Part shown: in pieces, positions 10,441-22,084 of the stretch
Layout of the letters: every line of letters begins with the position of its first letter
Position numbering within the stretch: the first letter of the stretch is position 1
Assembly (NCBI RefSeq): GCF_001194135.2
Contig: NC_068994.1
Location: 29,378,076-29,412,386 of the forward strand
Source of the DNA: Octopus bimaculoides
Lineage: Eukaryota
DNA: 34,311 nt
Direction of reading: 5' to 3'
The notes under the pieces: model-generated
What the model saw: only the letters and a program-made list of their open reading frames with translations
What the model was told of the DNA's origin: nothing
The model's database searches: none
Translations under genes and position numbers: made by a program

Positions 10441-12050
10441 GGAGAGAGTGCAGACATAGCTTGTTTCAAATGTACACTTTAGAAATCTAAAAACACATGC
10501 CCGCAGATATATACATGATTCATTAGTTTACTGATTACATGTGTGTGAATATATATTATATATTATATATATATGCAAAGTGTATGTAGATATTAAGTAG
10601 TTCATGCACATGAATAATTGAAAATAACAATTTTAGGTTGTCCCAGGAATGCATTTCCATGCATATATATATTTATTTAATCATCTATATGATGCATATG
10701 TGTGATTATGTAAATAGGTGTGAGTGTATCTATGTGTGCGTTTGTGTGTGAGTGAGTATGTGTGGTTGTATTTTTGTACCAATCGGCGATTTTCTTTGTA
10801 CGCATGTGTTTTTTAGACCCCAAAGTGTACTTTTGTTTCGAACATGAACTGTTTCCACACACACACACACACACACACACAAATACACACGCACACCCTA
10901 TTAAAGAACTGGGTTAACCCAAGGCATTTCTAGCTATATAAAACAAACAAAAGAATAGTTTAATATGATGATTAATGACACCAATTTGAAAGGAAAATAT
11001 TTGTGATAGTCCAATTTCTCGACTAATTACTATTCTAAAAGCAAACTGACTTTCATAAACAAAAATTTGTTGTTTTTGAGATAGACGTTAATTAGTCAGT
11101 AGTGATTAATGTATGTATATAATATATACATTCATATACACACATACATACACATACAACCACAAAGACACACACAGATATGTACACACACACATACACA
11201 CATATATGTATGTATGTATGTATGTACGTACAGGGTGCGTAAGGTATTTGAGGAATATCATTTTGGGGTCATTGCTGTATTTTTTGCTAACTCTTTGTTT
11301 CAGAAAATAATAATGGCAGACCCTTAGCTTACTCAAGAAATGAAGACCCTTGTTATTGTGGTTATAAAGTCTGAGCATAATGATTTAGAAATATCTCAAG
11401 TTTTAAAAGTTTCCCGATCTTTCAACTACAAAGTTTGTAAGAAGTTAGAGACTGAAGATGGAAACGTATCACCAGTATCAAAGCATAAAAAATATTCTAA
11501 AAGCTCTGAAATCATCAGGACACCTGAATTTATCCAGCAAGTTCAACAGACCATTGATTAAAATCCCAGAAAGTCCATGAGGTCAATTGCAAAAGAACAC
11601 CATGTGTCAGAAGGAACAGTCAGAAATATTGTCCACGAAGACATCAGATATAAGTCTTATATGATGAGGAAAGGTCAATTTGTCCGAAAAAGAAAAAGAA
11701 AATCACTCTTAAACAAACTGAAAAATTCAGCGGAAGATTTGATTTGTTTTTCAAACGAGAAAAACTTCGACCAAGATCAAAAAGCTAACAGAAGAAATGA
11801 CAGATGGTTATGTGAAGACCCTTCTGAAGTTCCAAGTGTTATGCATACGAAGTTTCCTGCTACTGTTATTAGGGGTTGTCAGCAATGAAGGACATGTGAT
11901 GCTTCCTTCCTTCTCTCCACAAGGCCTAAGAGTTAACTCTGCCGACTGCATTGAGTTCCTGGAAACAATTGTTAAGCCCTGGACAGTGTATGCAATAGAA
12001 GGTCATATGTGTTTCAGTAAGACTCTGCATTATCACACATGACTCTAGTA

Positions 12051-14652
12051 CAGTGGTTTCCAAACCGTGCGCCGCGGAGCACTGGTACGCTGCAAGATGT
12101 AATTAGGGGCACCTCGATAAAGTAAGATTATATTTCAAAATAGTAAAAATATAAACCGAAATTCACTAGAAAGTTTCATATATCAGGTCATCCCATAAGT
12201 TCTGTCCGATGTAACCTTTTCTAAAATTGAATGAAATTTAATAGTATTTTAGAATGTCTAATGGAATTTAAAATTATCTTTATGCATTTGTGTACATTTA
12301 AACTAATTAAATTTTATTTTACAGAATAATAGAATTAAAATTTCTTTGATTAAAACTCTTTCTAACATGGAATATCCAAGGAGCATTTAAAGCACATAAT
12401 GCTTTATGAGTACAAAAAAGGAAACTCTACAGCCGAAGCGACTCGAAACATACACTCAGTTTATTGGAAAGAATGTTTGAATGNNNNNNNNNNNNNNNNN
12501 NNNNNNNNNNNNNNNNNNNNNNNNNNNNNNNNNNNNNNNNNNNNNNNNNNNNNNNNNNNNNNNNNNNNNNNNNNNNNNNNNNNNNNNNNNNNNNNNNNNN
12601 NNNNNNNNNNNNNNNNNNNNNNNNNNNNNNNNNNNNNNNNNNNNNNNNNNNNNNNNNNNNNNNNTCCGAGTTGACATCTGCTCTTCTCTCCATTCTCGCG
12701 AACTCATTTATTTCACCCTTTTTGGATGGACTTGTGACTGGTGACGAAAAATGTATCTTCTATCGAAATGTTAAACGTTGTAAACAGTGGCTTGATAAAA
12801 GAGAAAAAGCTCAACCACAACCGAGAAGGGAGCTTCATGGAAAAACGGTTCTTCTCTCTGTCTGATGGGATTGCAAAAGAGTAATTCACTTTGAATTGTT
12901 ACCACCTAAGGCAACAATCAATGCTCAAGTCTACCGTCAGCAATTAGAGCTTTTGAATCAAGCTTTGAAGAAAAAAAGACCCGCTTTAGTGAATCGAAAA
13001 GGAGTGATGCTTCATCAGGACACCCACACTGCACCCCACACTGCAAAGATCACATCACAGAAGATCGAAGAGCTTGGTTGGGAAAAAATTCCTCATCCAC
13101 TTATTCTCCCGACCTTGTTCCTTCAGACTACCATTTGTTTCGTAGTTTACAGAATCATTTGAGGGACATAACTTTGGCAAGCCAGGAGGAAGTCGAAACT
13201 GACATTTCAGAGTTCTTCGCTTTGAAACCAAAAGAGTTTTACAGTGATGGGATTAAAAAGCTTGTAAATAGATAGAAGGAAGTCACAGATAATCAGGGAA
13301 AGTATATTAATGATTAAATTTCAATTAAATATAACATTTGAAAACTTATTTTCTTTATTCAAAATTCGGACGGAACGTATGGGATGACCTTATATAAATG
13401 TCAAAATGGCGAAAAAACTAAATACTAAGTTCTAAACTAAGAATGAGAGGTGGTTGTGTCATTCAATTCATTTAGGCTAATTATGGTATGAAAATGTTAT
13501 TCAAAATTGAATCTGAAATTTCATGTGGATAAGAACTAAATTAGCATCAATCTATCCTCGAAATTGACGTCTTATGGACATATTCTTTACACGACTATTT
13601 CAGTTCATTTCGGGTTTCAATGAACTGGCAACGAGGATCAACCTCTTCCGTTGTGTGTTGTTTGTCTAACTAAGGCATGTTACCCAGCAAGTTGAAAAGA
13701 CATTTTACAACTGAACACTCACATCTTCAGTGTAAAGATCTGAATTATTTCCAAAGACTGCTAGAACAGCAATCTAAACAAAGAAACTATTTTGAAAAAA
13801 GGATGAATGCTTCTGAAAAGGCTCAAGTCGCGTCTATTGAGACAGCCGGAATGATTGCACTACAAACGAAATCGCATACGTTAGCCGTATTTGGTAAAAT
13901 AATGCTAAAGGTGGTAACTTCGAAATAGTTCCCTTCATACGTAAAAGCTGCATAAAAGAAATGACTCCTATTGTATTTGAACATTCGACAAATATGGAAG
14001 AAAACATAAACTTTTATTTTCCGTCATTGAACATAGAAGAGTATGATTGGGTTCGAAATCCATTCGTAAAATTCCATCTAATATTGTTCTGAAAGTATGT
14101 GAAGAAGAGGAATTGACATCTGTATCCAGTGATGGCGGACTTAAAATCAAGTATGCTGAGTTACGGATAAAGCTGTTTTTGTTACTGAGGGGTATTCCCC
14201 AAAATATATCATATTGATATATTTTGGAGAATGCTCCTCAGTTGCAAAAACAGCTTAATCCGTTTTGATGCAGTTTTCCTCATCGTGTTTATGTGAGTTG
14301 GGATTTTCAACCCTCAATAACATCAAATTCAAAAAAAAAAGAGAAGCTCCGTTTTATCGAAGAAGAACTGAGGATTTGTCTTTCTCAAACACGTCCTAAT
14401 ATTGCAAACCTTTCCAAAAACATCAAGCGCATTTTTCTCATTGATAGCTTTGCTTCAAATATTGAATAAAGTGTAACTTCGTGCACTTTTTCTGTATTTC
14501 TAATTATTTATATATTACTTTATAGTTTATGCTTTCCTAATATGTATAAAACCACTTTTGAATAAATTTTAGAATTTATATACAAAGTGCGCCAAAATAT
14601 TTTGACTACTTGTAAGGTGCGCCGTGAATAAAAAATAGTTTGGGAACCACTG
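12051..14652 (+). mobile_element. hAT Buster/Charlie-type transposon, internally deleted, interrupted by a mariner
   Basis: TIRs CAGTGGTTTCCAAAC (12051) and GTTTGGGAACCACTG (ending 14652); exact 8-bp TSD CTCTAGTA (12043-12050, 14653-14660) with central TA typical of Buster. Coding remnants: PLPLCVVC..AMLPSKLKRHFTTEHSHL (BED finger, ORF 13677-13928), WVRNPF, and FPSSCLCELGFSTL (hAT dimerisation domain). Confidence 0.93.
12183..13392 (+). mobile_element. Mariner (family A, DD34D) near-full-length element, pseudogenised
   Basis: TIRs TCAGGTCATCCCATAAGTTCTGTCCGA and TCGGACGGAACGTATGGGATGACCTTA with TA TSDs (12181-12182, 13393-13394). Motifs MLYEYKKGNSTAEATRNI, LVTGDEKCIFY, YSPDLVPSDYHLFRSLQNHL; frameshifted. 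Confidence 0.93.
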
Positions 14653-15044
14653 CTCTAGTAACATAGGAATGAATGTCAGAAAATTTTCATGATCCCATAT
14701 CCCCTAACATTTGGCGTCCTAATTCTCCAGATCTCAATCTATTGGACTATTACATGTGGAGCTTTGTTGAGAGAGAGGTCAATGAACAGGCCCCTAACAC
14801 CAAAGATTCTTTGAAAGCCGCCTTAGTCAGAGTAATGTCCAAAATGAACCAAGGCCACTTGATTCAAGCATGGAGATGATTTCGATTTCATACAGTAGCG
14901 GTTATTAAAGCTGAAAGTGGTTTGTTAAATAACATCACAGAAAAGAAGGTTTATTTTTATCCTCTTAGCATTTTTTTTATAAATAAAGTTATTATTTGTT
15001 ATTATATAAACATAAACCTGTCCTCAAATATCTTACGCACCCTG

Positions 15045-15367
15045 TACACGCATTTTGGAAACGTCTGAACCACTTGTACACTTGTGTGCAGCTCATACAC
15101 TCCTCTCCATACACTTTCTGCAACTTTGCATAGTCCTCTGTGCAGGTATCGCCATGACAAATTTCTCTGTCATGGTCAATGCCACGATCACATGCTATAC
15201 ACCTTACTTCCAAGCCCCGCTGTAAATAGCGAAAGCGAGTTAGAGCGTTAAAACTTAGTGTGCATCTATAGCAGTATTCAAGGTCCATCTTTGTCAAGCA
15301 GCTTCACTCTCCGTACTTTAGCTTTGTTACTATGGCAACAGTCCGGATACTTATTGATCGAACCCAG
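15045..15367 (-). mobile_element. Mariner (family C) 5' fragment with left TIR
   Basis: ORF 14992-15297 contains TEDYAKLQKVYGEECMSCTQVYKWFRRFQN (mariner HTH). The terminus CTGGGTTCGATCAATAAGTATCCGGACTG at 15367-15339 is next to a TA. Confidence 0.8.
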
Positions 15368-15465
15368 TACAACCCTTGCTTACACTGGGCGGAAACTGAA
15401 GGAGGCCCGTCGCATATATACGTGTGTGTGTGTGTGTGTGTGTTTCTGTTACACACACACACTGC

Positions 15466-15592
15466 TAACCGTTGCTGGTTTGCTTACCTCCCCGTAACTT
15501 AACGGTTCAGCAAAAGAGACCTTTAGAATTAGTAACAGACTTTAACAAACGGATAAGTAGAAGGGTCGATTTGTTCGAAAAAGGCTGTGCCT
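15466..15592 (+). mobile_element. SINE internal/3' fragment
   Basis: ...CCCCGTAACTTAACGGTTCAGCAAAAGAGACC..AGAATTAGT...GGGTCGATTTGTTCGA.AAAGGC is the reverse-complement homologue of 34225-34311 in this window. Confidence 0.65.
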
Positions 15593-16050
15593 CAGAAGTT
15601 TTGGAGTTTCCTTGCACAGACAATCAAGTCGATTGTGCCACGAGAAGCACGGAATCCACATTGAGATTCTGGTAGGATCTTTTCGGTGATGGTCTGGAGC
15701 CGACTTAGAAAGATCCTGGCAAAGAATTTTCAAGTGACGGAAAGTAATGATATTCCTCTATAGTTCCCCCAAGCTTTTCACTCACTTTTTTCGAAGATCG
15801 TTATGATGACTGCATCTTTCAATTCATTAGGAACGTGGGATTCCCACATCTTCAGAATGAGGGTAAAGATGCAGCTTTGCAAGGGTGATCTTTCATGTTT
15901 AATCTGTTCGAAAAGAATATTATTTGGGTCTGGGGACTTCCTTGAGATCAGTTGCTTCATAGCTTGCTTGAATTCTTGAAAAGTAGGCCTCATGTTCATC
16001 CACAGCTGAGCAGGATGATTTGCTCGACGAGCTAACGATTCTGCCTGCTC
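15593..16050 (-). mobile_element. RTE-clade LINE RT N-terminal fragment
   Basis: ORF 15778-15999 PTFQEFKQAMKQL...KSPDPNNI...VPNELKDAVIITIFEK, then manual GNYRGISLLSVT*KFFARIFLSRL...ILPESQCGFRASRGTIDLI.CARKLQ. Confidence 0.88.
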
Positions 16051-16057
16051 GCCGCCT

Positions 16058-16150
<93 letters not shown>

Positions 16151-16170
16151 GGATGATGATGATGATGATG

Positions 16171-16218
<48 letters not shown>
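16058..16218. repeat. Compound microsatellite (TAC)n(TGC)n(TGA)n(TAA)n
   Basis: Direct reading; runs into gap 16219-16530. Confidence 0.95.
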
Positions 16219-16530
16219 NNNNNNNNNNNNNNNNNNNNNNNNNNNNNNNNNNNNNNNNNNNNNNNNNNNNNNNNNNNNNNNNNNNNNNNNNNNNNNNNNN
16301 NNNNNNNNNNNNNNNNNNNNNNNNNNNNNNNNNNNNNNNNNNNNNNNNNNNNNNNNNNNNNNNNNNNNNNNNNNNNNNNNNNNNNNNNNNNNNNNNNNNN
16401 NNNNNNNNNNNNNNNNNNNNNNNNNNNNNNNNNNNNNNNNNNNNNNNNNNNNNNNNNNNNNNNNNNNNNNNNNNNNNNNNNNNNNNNNNNNNNNNNNNNN
16501 NNNNNNNNNNNNNNNNNNNNNNNNNNNNNC

Positions 16531-16896
16531 TCTGATCATGAGCAGAAGTAGTGGGGGAGCATCATAGCCATGTGTTGAGAGGAATTCTTTGGGGTTTGAA
16601 TAATTCACCTTTGGAAACATGGGTGTTTTGCTCAACATCCTTAAACAAACCTTATTCAGGGACCTTTTGAGCGGGATAGACTACTCAACCTGAAGAAAAT
16701 TCTAACTGGGCCCCACCTGCAAGGTTATGCGCTGTTTATCTTGATATGAGATCACCATGTCGCGCACATATGGTTGTGATGCATGTACCTGGTGTACTCT
16801 TATCAGACGTGTAGTCATGATGGGTATACTGGGCTTCGTATATTTCACCCCGGTGTCACTTTGATGGCATGCACTGCTCTCTCTGCTCTCTCACTC

Positions 16897-16960
<64 letters not shown>
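16531..16960 (+). mobile_element. 'Unit A' interspersed repeat, second copy, with (AAT)n tail
   Basis: Inverted homologue of 5281-5635; ends CTCTCTCACTC followed by about 21 AAT units (16897-16960). The 5' part is lost in the gap. Confidence 0.8.
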
Positions 16961-16963
<3 letters not shown>

Positions 16964-18363
16964 GAGGAGCGCCAGCCTTGACAGCGGCTGGACGAGTTCC
17001 TCACTGCTCTGACCATTCAGTAACCGAAAGCCTTAGAAACAGTAATAAAGGAACTTGAGCAGGAACAATCCTATAAATACCTAGGAATAAATGAAGGCTC
17101 TGGTATCCAACATGCAAGCATGAAAGAGAAGGTTAAGAAGGAATGTTATAGAAGAGTTCGAGCAGTTCTGAAGTCTGAGCTGAATGCATATAATAAGGTG
17201 TTAACCATAAATTCCTTAGCAGTCCCAGTTGTTCTTTATAGCTTCAATGTACTTAACTGGAATACGAGTGAAATAATGAANNNNNNNNNNAAAATTCGCT
17301 ACTAATCTCTTAGATACCTACCAGATTGATCAGGTTGAAGGAAATGCGCCAACTGCTGCTACAAAAAAAAATAAAATTAATTGCAAAGACAAAAGCACAT
17401 AAAAAATTAGCTAGCAGATGGGAACAGAAACCTCTGCAAGGCAAGTATGTGGCTCGTAGCAAACAAGCTGATGTCGACCAGAAACGCACGCATCAGTGGT
17501 TACGAAGCTCAGGGCTAAAATCAGAGAGTGAAGATTTCATATTAGCTGCTCATGACTAAAGTTTATTAACCCGGAGCTACCAAGCTAATGTGATAAAAAA
17601 TGGAACTGACCCAAAATGCCTATTCTGATGAGATTGAAACTATAGACCACCTAATCTCAGGGTGTAGAGTCTTAGCACCTGTAGACATGACAGAGTTGGC
17701 CAGTATTTATACTGGACAATATGTCGGCATTATAAAATTAAAACCGCTGACAAATGGTATAAACACAATCCTGAAGCTGTGACTGAGGGAGAAAATGTGT
17801 CGATTCTCTGGGACTTCCCCGTACATACCGACAAACCTATAAAAGCTAATAAACCGACTATCATTATAAAAGATCAGACAAAAAAGATGTGTTTATTAAT
17901 TGACATGAGTATTCCTTGCGATCACAATATAGCGGCGAAAGAATTTGACAAGATCAGTAAATATAAAGACTTGCTAATAGAAATTGAAAAAATGTGGCAT
18001 CTGAAGGCGACTACCGTACCAGTGATTGTAGGATCTATAGGAATGATAAAATAAAGGTGCTGAAACGTATTTGAAAATGATACCAGGCCTGCCATCCCTA
18101 CAGGAAGTGCAAAAAATCGTGTTAACTGGAACGACTCATGTACTGAGAAGAGCATTATCGCTGTGAAAACAGCATCCATTCATGAATTTATTCATTTATT
18201 TTATTTTTATTTTACATACATATTTTACCTGTGAATTTGCGTGTGTAAACTGGGAATGCATACAATGAGCTTCTCTGCCCTAGGAGTACGGAAAACACTC
18301 GGCGAGAAATAGAAGAAAATTTGAAGAAAGAAGAAAAAAACATAATAATAATAATAATAATAA
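16961..18363 (+). mobile_element. R4/Dong-like RLE LINE, 5'-truncated (late RT, zinc knuckle, RLE), (AAT)n tail
   Basis: IKELEQEQSYKYLGINEG..HASMKEKVKKECYRRVR.VLKSELNAYNKV..INSLAVPVV.YSF; HQWLRSSGLKSESEDFILAAHD; ETIDHLISGC; ILWDFPVHTDKPIKANKP.IIIKD...CLLIDMSIP...KISKYKDL.IEIEKMW...VPVIVG..GMI; stop at about 18165; AAT tail 18341-18363. Confidence 0.92.
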
Positions 18364-18570
18364 TCCTTTCTACTGGAAGCACAAGGCCTCAAATTTGGGG
18401 GAAGGGATTAAGTCGATTACATAGACCCCAGTGCGTAACTGGTACTTATTTAATTGACCCCCAAAAGATGAAAGGCAAAGTCGACCCCGGCGGAATTTGA
18501 ACTCAGAACATAGTGGCAGACGAAATACCGATAAGCATTTCGCCCGGCGTGCTAATGATTCTGCCAGCTC
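18364..18570 (-). mobile_element. tRNA-derived SINE, near full length
   Basis: The minus strand begins GAGCTGGCAGAATCATTAGC (A-box-like) and has GAGTTCAAATTCC (B-box-like), then the central GCCTTTCATC..GGGGTC.AT.AAATAAGTACCAG domain; flanked on both sides by (AAT)n. It resembles described octopus SINEs from memory; not database-checked. Confidence 0.8.
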
Positions 18571-18744
<174 letters not shown>

Positions 18745-19670
18745 CAAAGCATGAAAACAAGAAAGCATCATACTCAGTAACAAAACAAGCAAAGGAATAT
18801 CTAAGTGAATTCAAAATACAACAAATTGCAGAATTAGATGTACTAGAAACAAGCACAGAAAATGCTAAGCGCATGAAAACCCGTGCTAAAACTGCTGCCT
18901 TAGATATTCTGACTGATAAATGCCAAGAAAAAACTCTCAATGTCAAATACCCAAATGGCAAATACCCATCAATGGCTAATGGCTTCTGGCTTAAAATCAG
19001 AAGCAGAAGGGTTTATCATAGCAGCCCAAGATCAATGCCTACTTATAAGGAACTACCAGGCTAACATATTACAGAACCACAGCTTCCCAGCATGTCGTGT
19101 ATGTCAACAACAAAATGAAACCATTGATCATGTTGTCCCCATGTGCAGTCTCCTAGCGCCTACAGAATATTTCAACAGGCATGATAGAGTTGCACAATAT
19201 ATTCACTGGGTAATTTGCAAAGACCAGGACTTGCCCCATGATAAAAACTGTTAGGAACACAAACTACCTCCAGTGCTTGGAAATGGTCACATCTCACTCC
19301 TCTGGAATTTCACCATTCAAACTGACAGAAAGATAGATGCAGATAGGCCAGATATCATATTGAAAGACTTCAGACAAAAATCATGCCTCCTCATCGATAT
19401 AAACGTATCTGTCAAGACCTACCAAAAACTGAGCAAGTATAAAGATCTTGAAATAGAAATTAGCAAAATGTTGAACCTGAAGACTAAAACAATACCTGTT
19501 GTCATAGGTGCCCTTGGAATGATAGCAAAAGGGGCTTATTACTACCTAGCTCAGATACGAGGAGACCCAAAATGGTAGAAAATCAAAAGATAGTGCTCAT
19601 GAGAACTGCCCGTATTCTACGTAAAATACTGTCTATGTAATCTAAAATTTTAAAACAAACATAATTTTCT

Positions 19671-19732
<62 letters not shown>

Positions 19733-19747
19733 TAATAATAATAATAA
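18745..19747 (+). mobile_element. R4/Dong-like RLE LINE, 5'-truncated, second subfamily, (AAT)n tail
   Basis: ORF 18940-19254 THQWLMASGLKSEAEGFIIAAQDQ...CRVCQQQNETIDHVV..C...RHDRVAQYIHW (CCHC knuckle); ORF 19273-19578 LLWNFTIQTDRKIDADRPDIILKD...LSKYKDLEIEI...IPVVIGALG; tail 19672-19747. Confidence 0.92.
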
Positions 19748-20412
19748 AGTCAATGTGTCGCCACTGGAGTTGTACGATGAACGTGAAGAGTGACCCACTT
19801 AGTAAGTGAATGTTCCAAACTCACACAGAAACAGTATAAATCTTGGAGACATGAATGTTGCAAAGATCATCCACTAGGAAATGTGCAAGAAGTATAAACT
19901 TTCATCAAGATACAAGTGGTATGAAATTGCACCTGAAAAAATGGTTGAGAATGATGAGGTTAAACTTCTTTGGGACTTTGCTATCCAAACAGATAGGAAA
20001 GAGTGAACAGCGATGGGAAGAGTGAATAGCGAAGTGGGGACAAACTGGCTACACTATTGATGTGACCTCTCCATTTGATACAAGAATAAAAGAAAAATAT
20101 CAACAAGGACTTGAAGAGCTATAAGCAGATTGTTGAGTTGCAGAAAGCGTGAGGTCGTACCATTTCTCATTGAAACCTTAAGAACGACAAGAAAGAGGCT
20201 CAAGTAGTGAACAGAAAAGACTAGCTTGTAGAAGCACAACGCATATTTGCAACTGGCCTGCTTGTCAGGAACGGCGAAGATTTTCTAAAGTTCTTGGATG
20301 GCTGAGGTGACAGGTGGTGACTTGTTATCCTAGAGTAAACCCACCTAAATTTCACCATAGTGGTAAGATACAAAATGTTTTGAAATAATAACGTATAATA
20401 ACATTGATAATA
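19748..20412 (+). mobile_element. R4/Dong-like RLE LINE, 5'-truncated, third and more decayed subfamily
   Basis: Manual translation HLVSECSKLTQKQYKSWRH..VAKIIH*EMCKKYKL..RYKWYEIAPEKMVENDEVKLLWDFAIQTDR, and near the end ACLSGTAKI; degenerate AAT tail at about 20385-20412. Confidence 0.8.
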
Positions 20413-21384
20413 AAAGTGTACTGTGGGAATAAGGCATCGATGTCATAAGCGAGAACCTAAATAGGTTATTAATAGAATACTTCGATCTTTAAATACGCTC
20501 ATTATAAGAAATATTTTCTTTCTTTTCTTTCGTTACTAGCATAAATGTCTCAAATGTTTAAGAGTTGAGTTTCAAGAGACTCGTGCCCTTACATATCACT
20601 CAATGCTTTCACTCTTTCGTTTTATATTGCAGACACGAAAACTTTACGTTTCATTTCTTTCATTTTTTTTTCTTTGTAGTAAAAGAAAAGTAAAAAGCTT
20701 TTCAATAATGAGAGAAAATAAAGAATTAAAGTACTTCATAAATAAGCTAGTTTGGTTTCGGCTTAAGTCTTCGATTCTTTGTTAGTATCCCTACAATACG
20801 CCACTTTTCCTTCATTTTATTTCGAACTAAATATGTTTATCATGTCTCACGCTTGCATTTGTTCACAATTCGGGGAAATTAGATCACCTGAAGGTTCCAG
20901 GTTCAACTCTCACTAAATGTAGCATTTGGAAAACAGCAGAACACTTAAGAGTCAACACAACAGCAGAACACTTAACACCTAGGTAGGATTGATTCCCTTA
21001 GACTGTCAAAAACTAGAGGGCTAAAACGCTTGCTTCACGGAAGTTTCTCTTCTGAAGATTTGTACTATTGTAGCACGCCACGAAGAAAGTTTCCACTCAC
21101 TAACAAAGCATAGCAAAAATAAATACTGTTATAAGAAACTCCAATTAAGACCTTTTTCTACATTTGGTCTTTCAAGATGCCCGTATTTTGATTTTTAGGC
21201 CATTTGAATTCAGCTTTTTTGCGACTGGTTTTATGACTGGCACCCTCTATAGATAGTTCTCCCAAAAGCAATCCCTCTCTTCGTCTGCTTGTCCTGGGTA
21301 TAGCGAGTAACACAGATATTAATGTTATTTGTCGAGTTGTTAATAACTAAGCTTCATTATCTTACTAACTACCTAAATTACAGC

Positions 21385-21990
21385 TAATTATTAGTGTCTT
21401 TCTCAACTGCACCTCACAAATGGTAATCAAAGGGATTGCAATCCGGGGAATTAGGAGGTCAGAAATTGGTGCAGATGAAATCTTAGAAATTTTCCAACAA
21501 TCACTTCTGAATCTTTCCGGGGATGTGGGATAGATCCGAATTATGTTGCCACACACATCATCCCAGCAGCAACCCTCTTCAACCATGGATTGACCATAGT
21601 CTCTAGTAGCTTCACATAATCGTCTGATTGAGCTTATGACCCTGTTCAAGGGTATGAGGATGAACTTCGTCGTGTGGACGCAGTCAGAACGCCTGCTGCA
21701 CTCCTCACTGCTTGCCACAACTTCGTAGTCTCCGTTGCAGCTGATCATGTTACGTCTTACAGCATTTACATCGTTCTCAGAGAATTTAGCAGCAATCATG
21801 ATGTCGGCATTTTGATATCCGGCGCAAATCATCATGACACAGATAACTTTTCTAATATTCAGATGGTTTCAAGTAGCTACAATTTTAATCATTATTCTTT
21901 CCAGCGTCGTTCACTATTCCCCAATGCATCAAGTTATTCCGAAAAAGGGAGACGTAAAAAAAAATCATCAAATTTAGCCCGAACACCTTG
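21385..21990 (-). mobile_element. maT/DD37D-type element (second family), 5' end with internal deletion, 3'-truncated
   Basis: Terminus CAAGGTGTTCGGGCTAAATTTGA at 21990-21968 next to a TA. ORF 21365-21835 N-terminus MICAGYQNADIMIAAK..; in a shifted frame LENF*DFI..NF*PPNSPDCNPFDYHL*GAVEKDTN. Confidence 0.75.
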
Positions 21991-22084
21991 TAATGACAGC
22001 AACAGGAAGTTGTTCCTCTAGGGATCAAGAACACTTCTATTGTCCATCTGTACAGAGAAAGGTTAACTAGCAGTCTTGTGGCGA

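Larger units (their letters stand above)
11231..15044 (+). mobile_element. maT/DD37D-type Tc1/mariner element (about 1.2 kb own sequence), interrupted by a hAT insertion
   Basis: TIRs CAGGGTGCGTAAGGTATTTGAGGA (11231-11254) and TCCTCAAATATCTTACGCACCCTG (15021-15044), each flanked by TA. Transposase pieces: CFSNEKNFDQDQKANRRNDRWL, and WRPNSPDLNLLDYYMW. Removing the hAT plus one TSD gives DSALSHMTLVT*E*MSENF...SPDLNLLD, with 37 residues between the 2nd and 3rd Asp. Confidence 0.92.

Noticed and set aside
11452-11468. CTGAAGA-TG-GAAA-CGTA hammerhead-like string
   Set aside because: No helix II or helix I possible; it lies in maT coding sequence (TEDGNV).
12183-14450. Domesticated transposase genes (SETMAR-like or ZBED/Buster-derived)
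   Set aside because: TIRs and TSDs are intact while the reading frames carry stops, frameshifts and deletions, which fits dead transposons rather than host genes.
17625-17646. CTGATGA-GATT-GAAA-CTATAG hammerhead-like string
   Set aside because: No helix II; it is LINE coding sequence (DEIETID).
18490-18570. tRNA gene suggested by A/B boxes
   Set aside because: No cloverleaf is evident and it continues into a SINE body; it is a SINE head.
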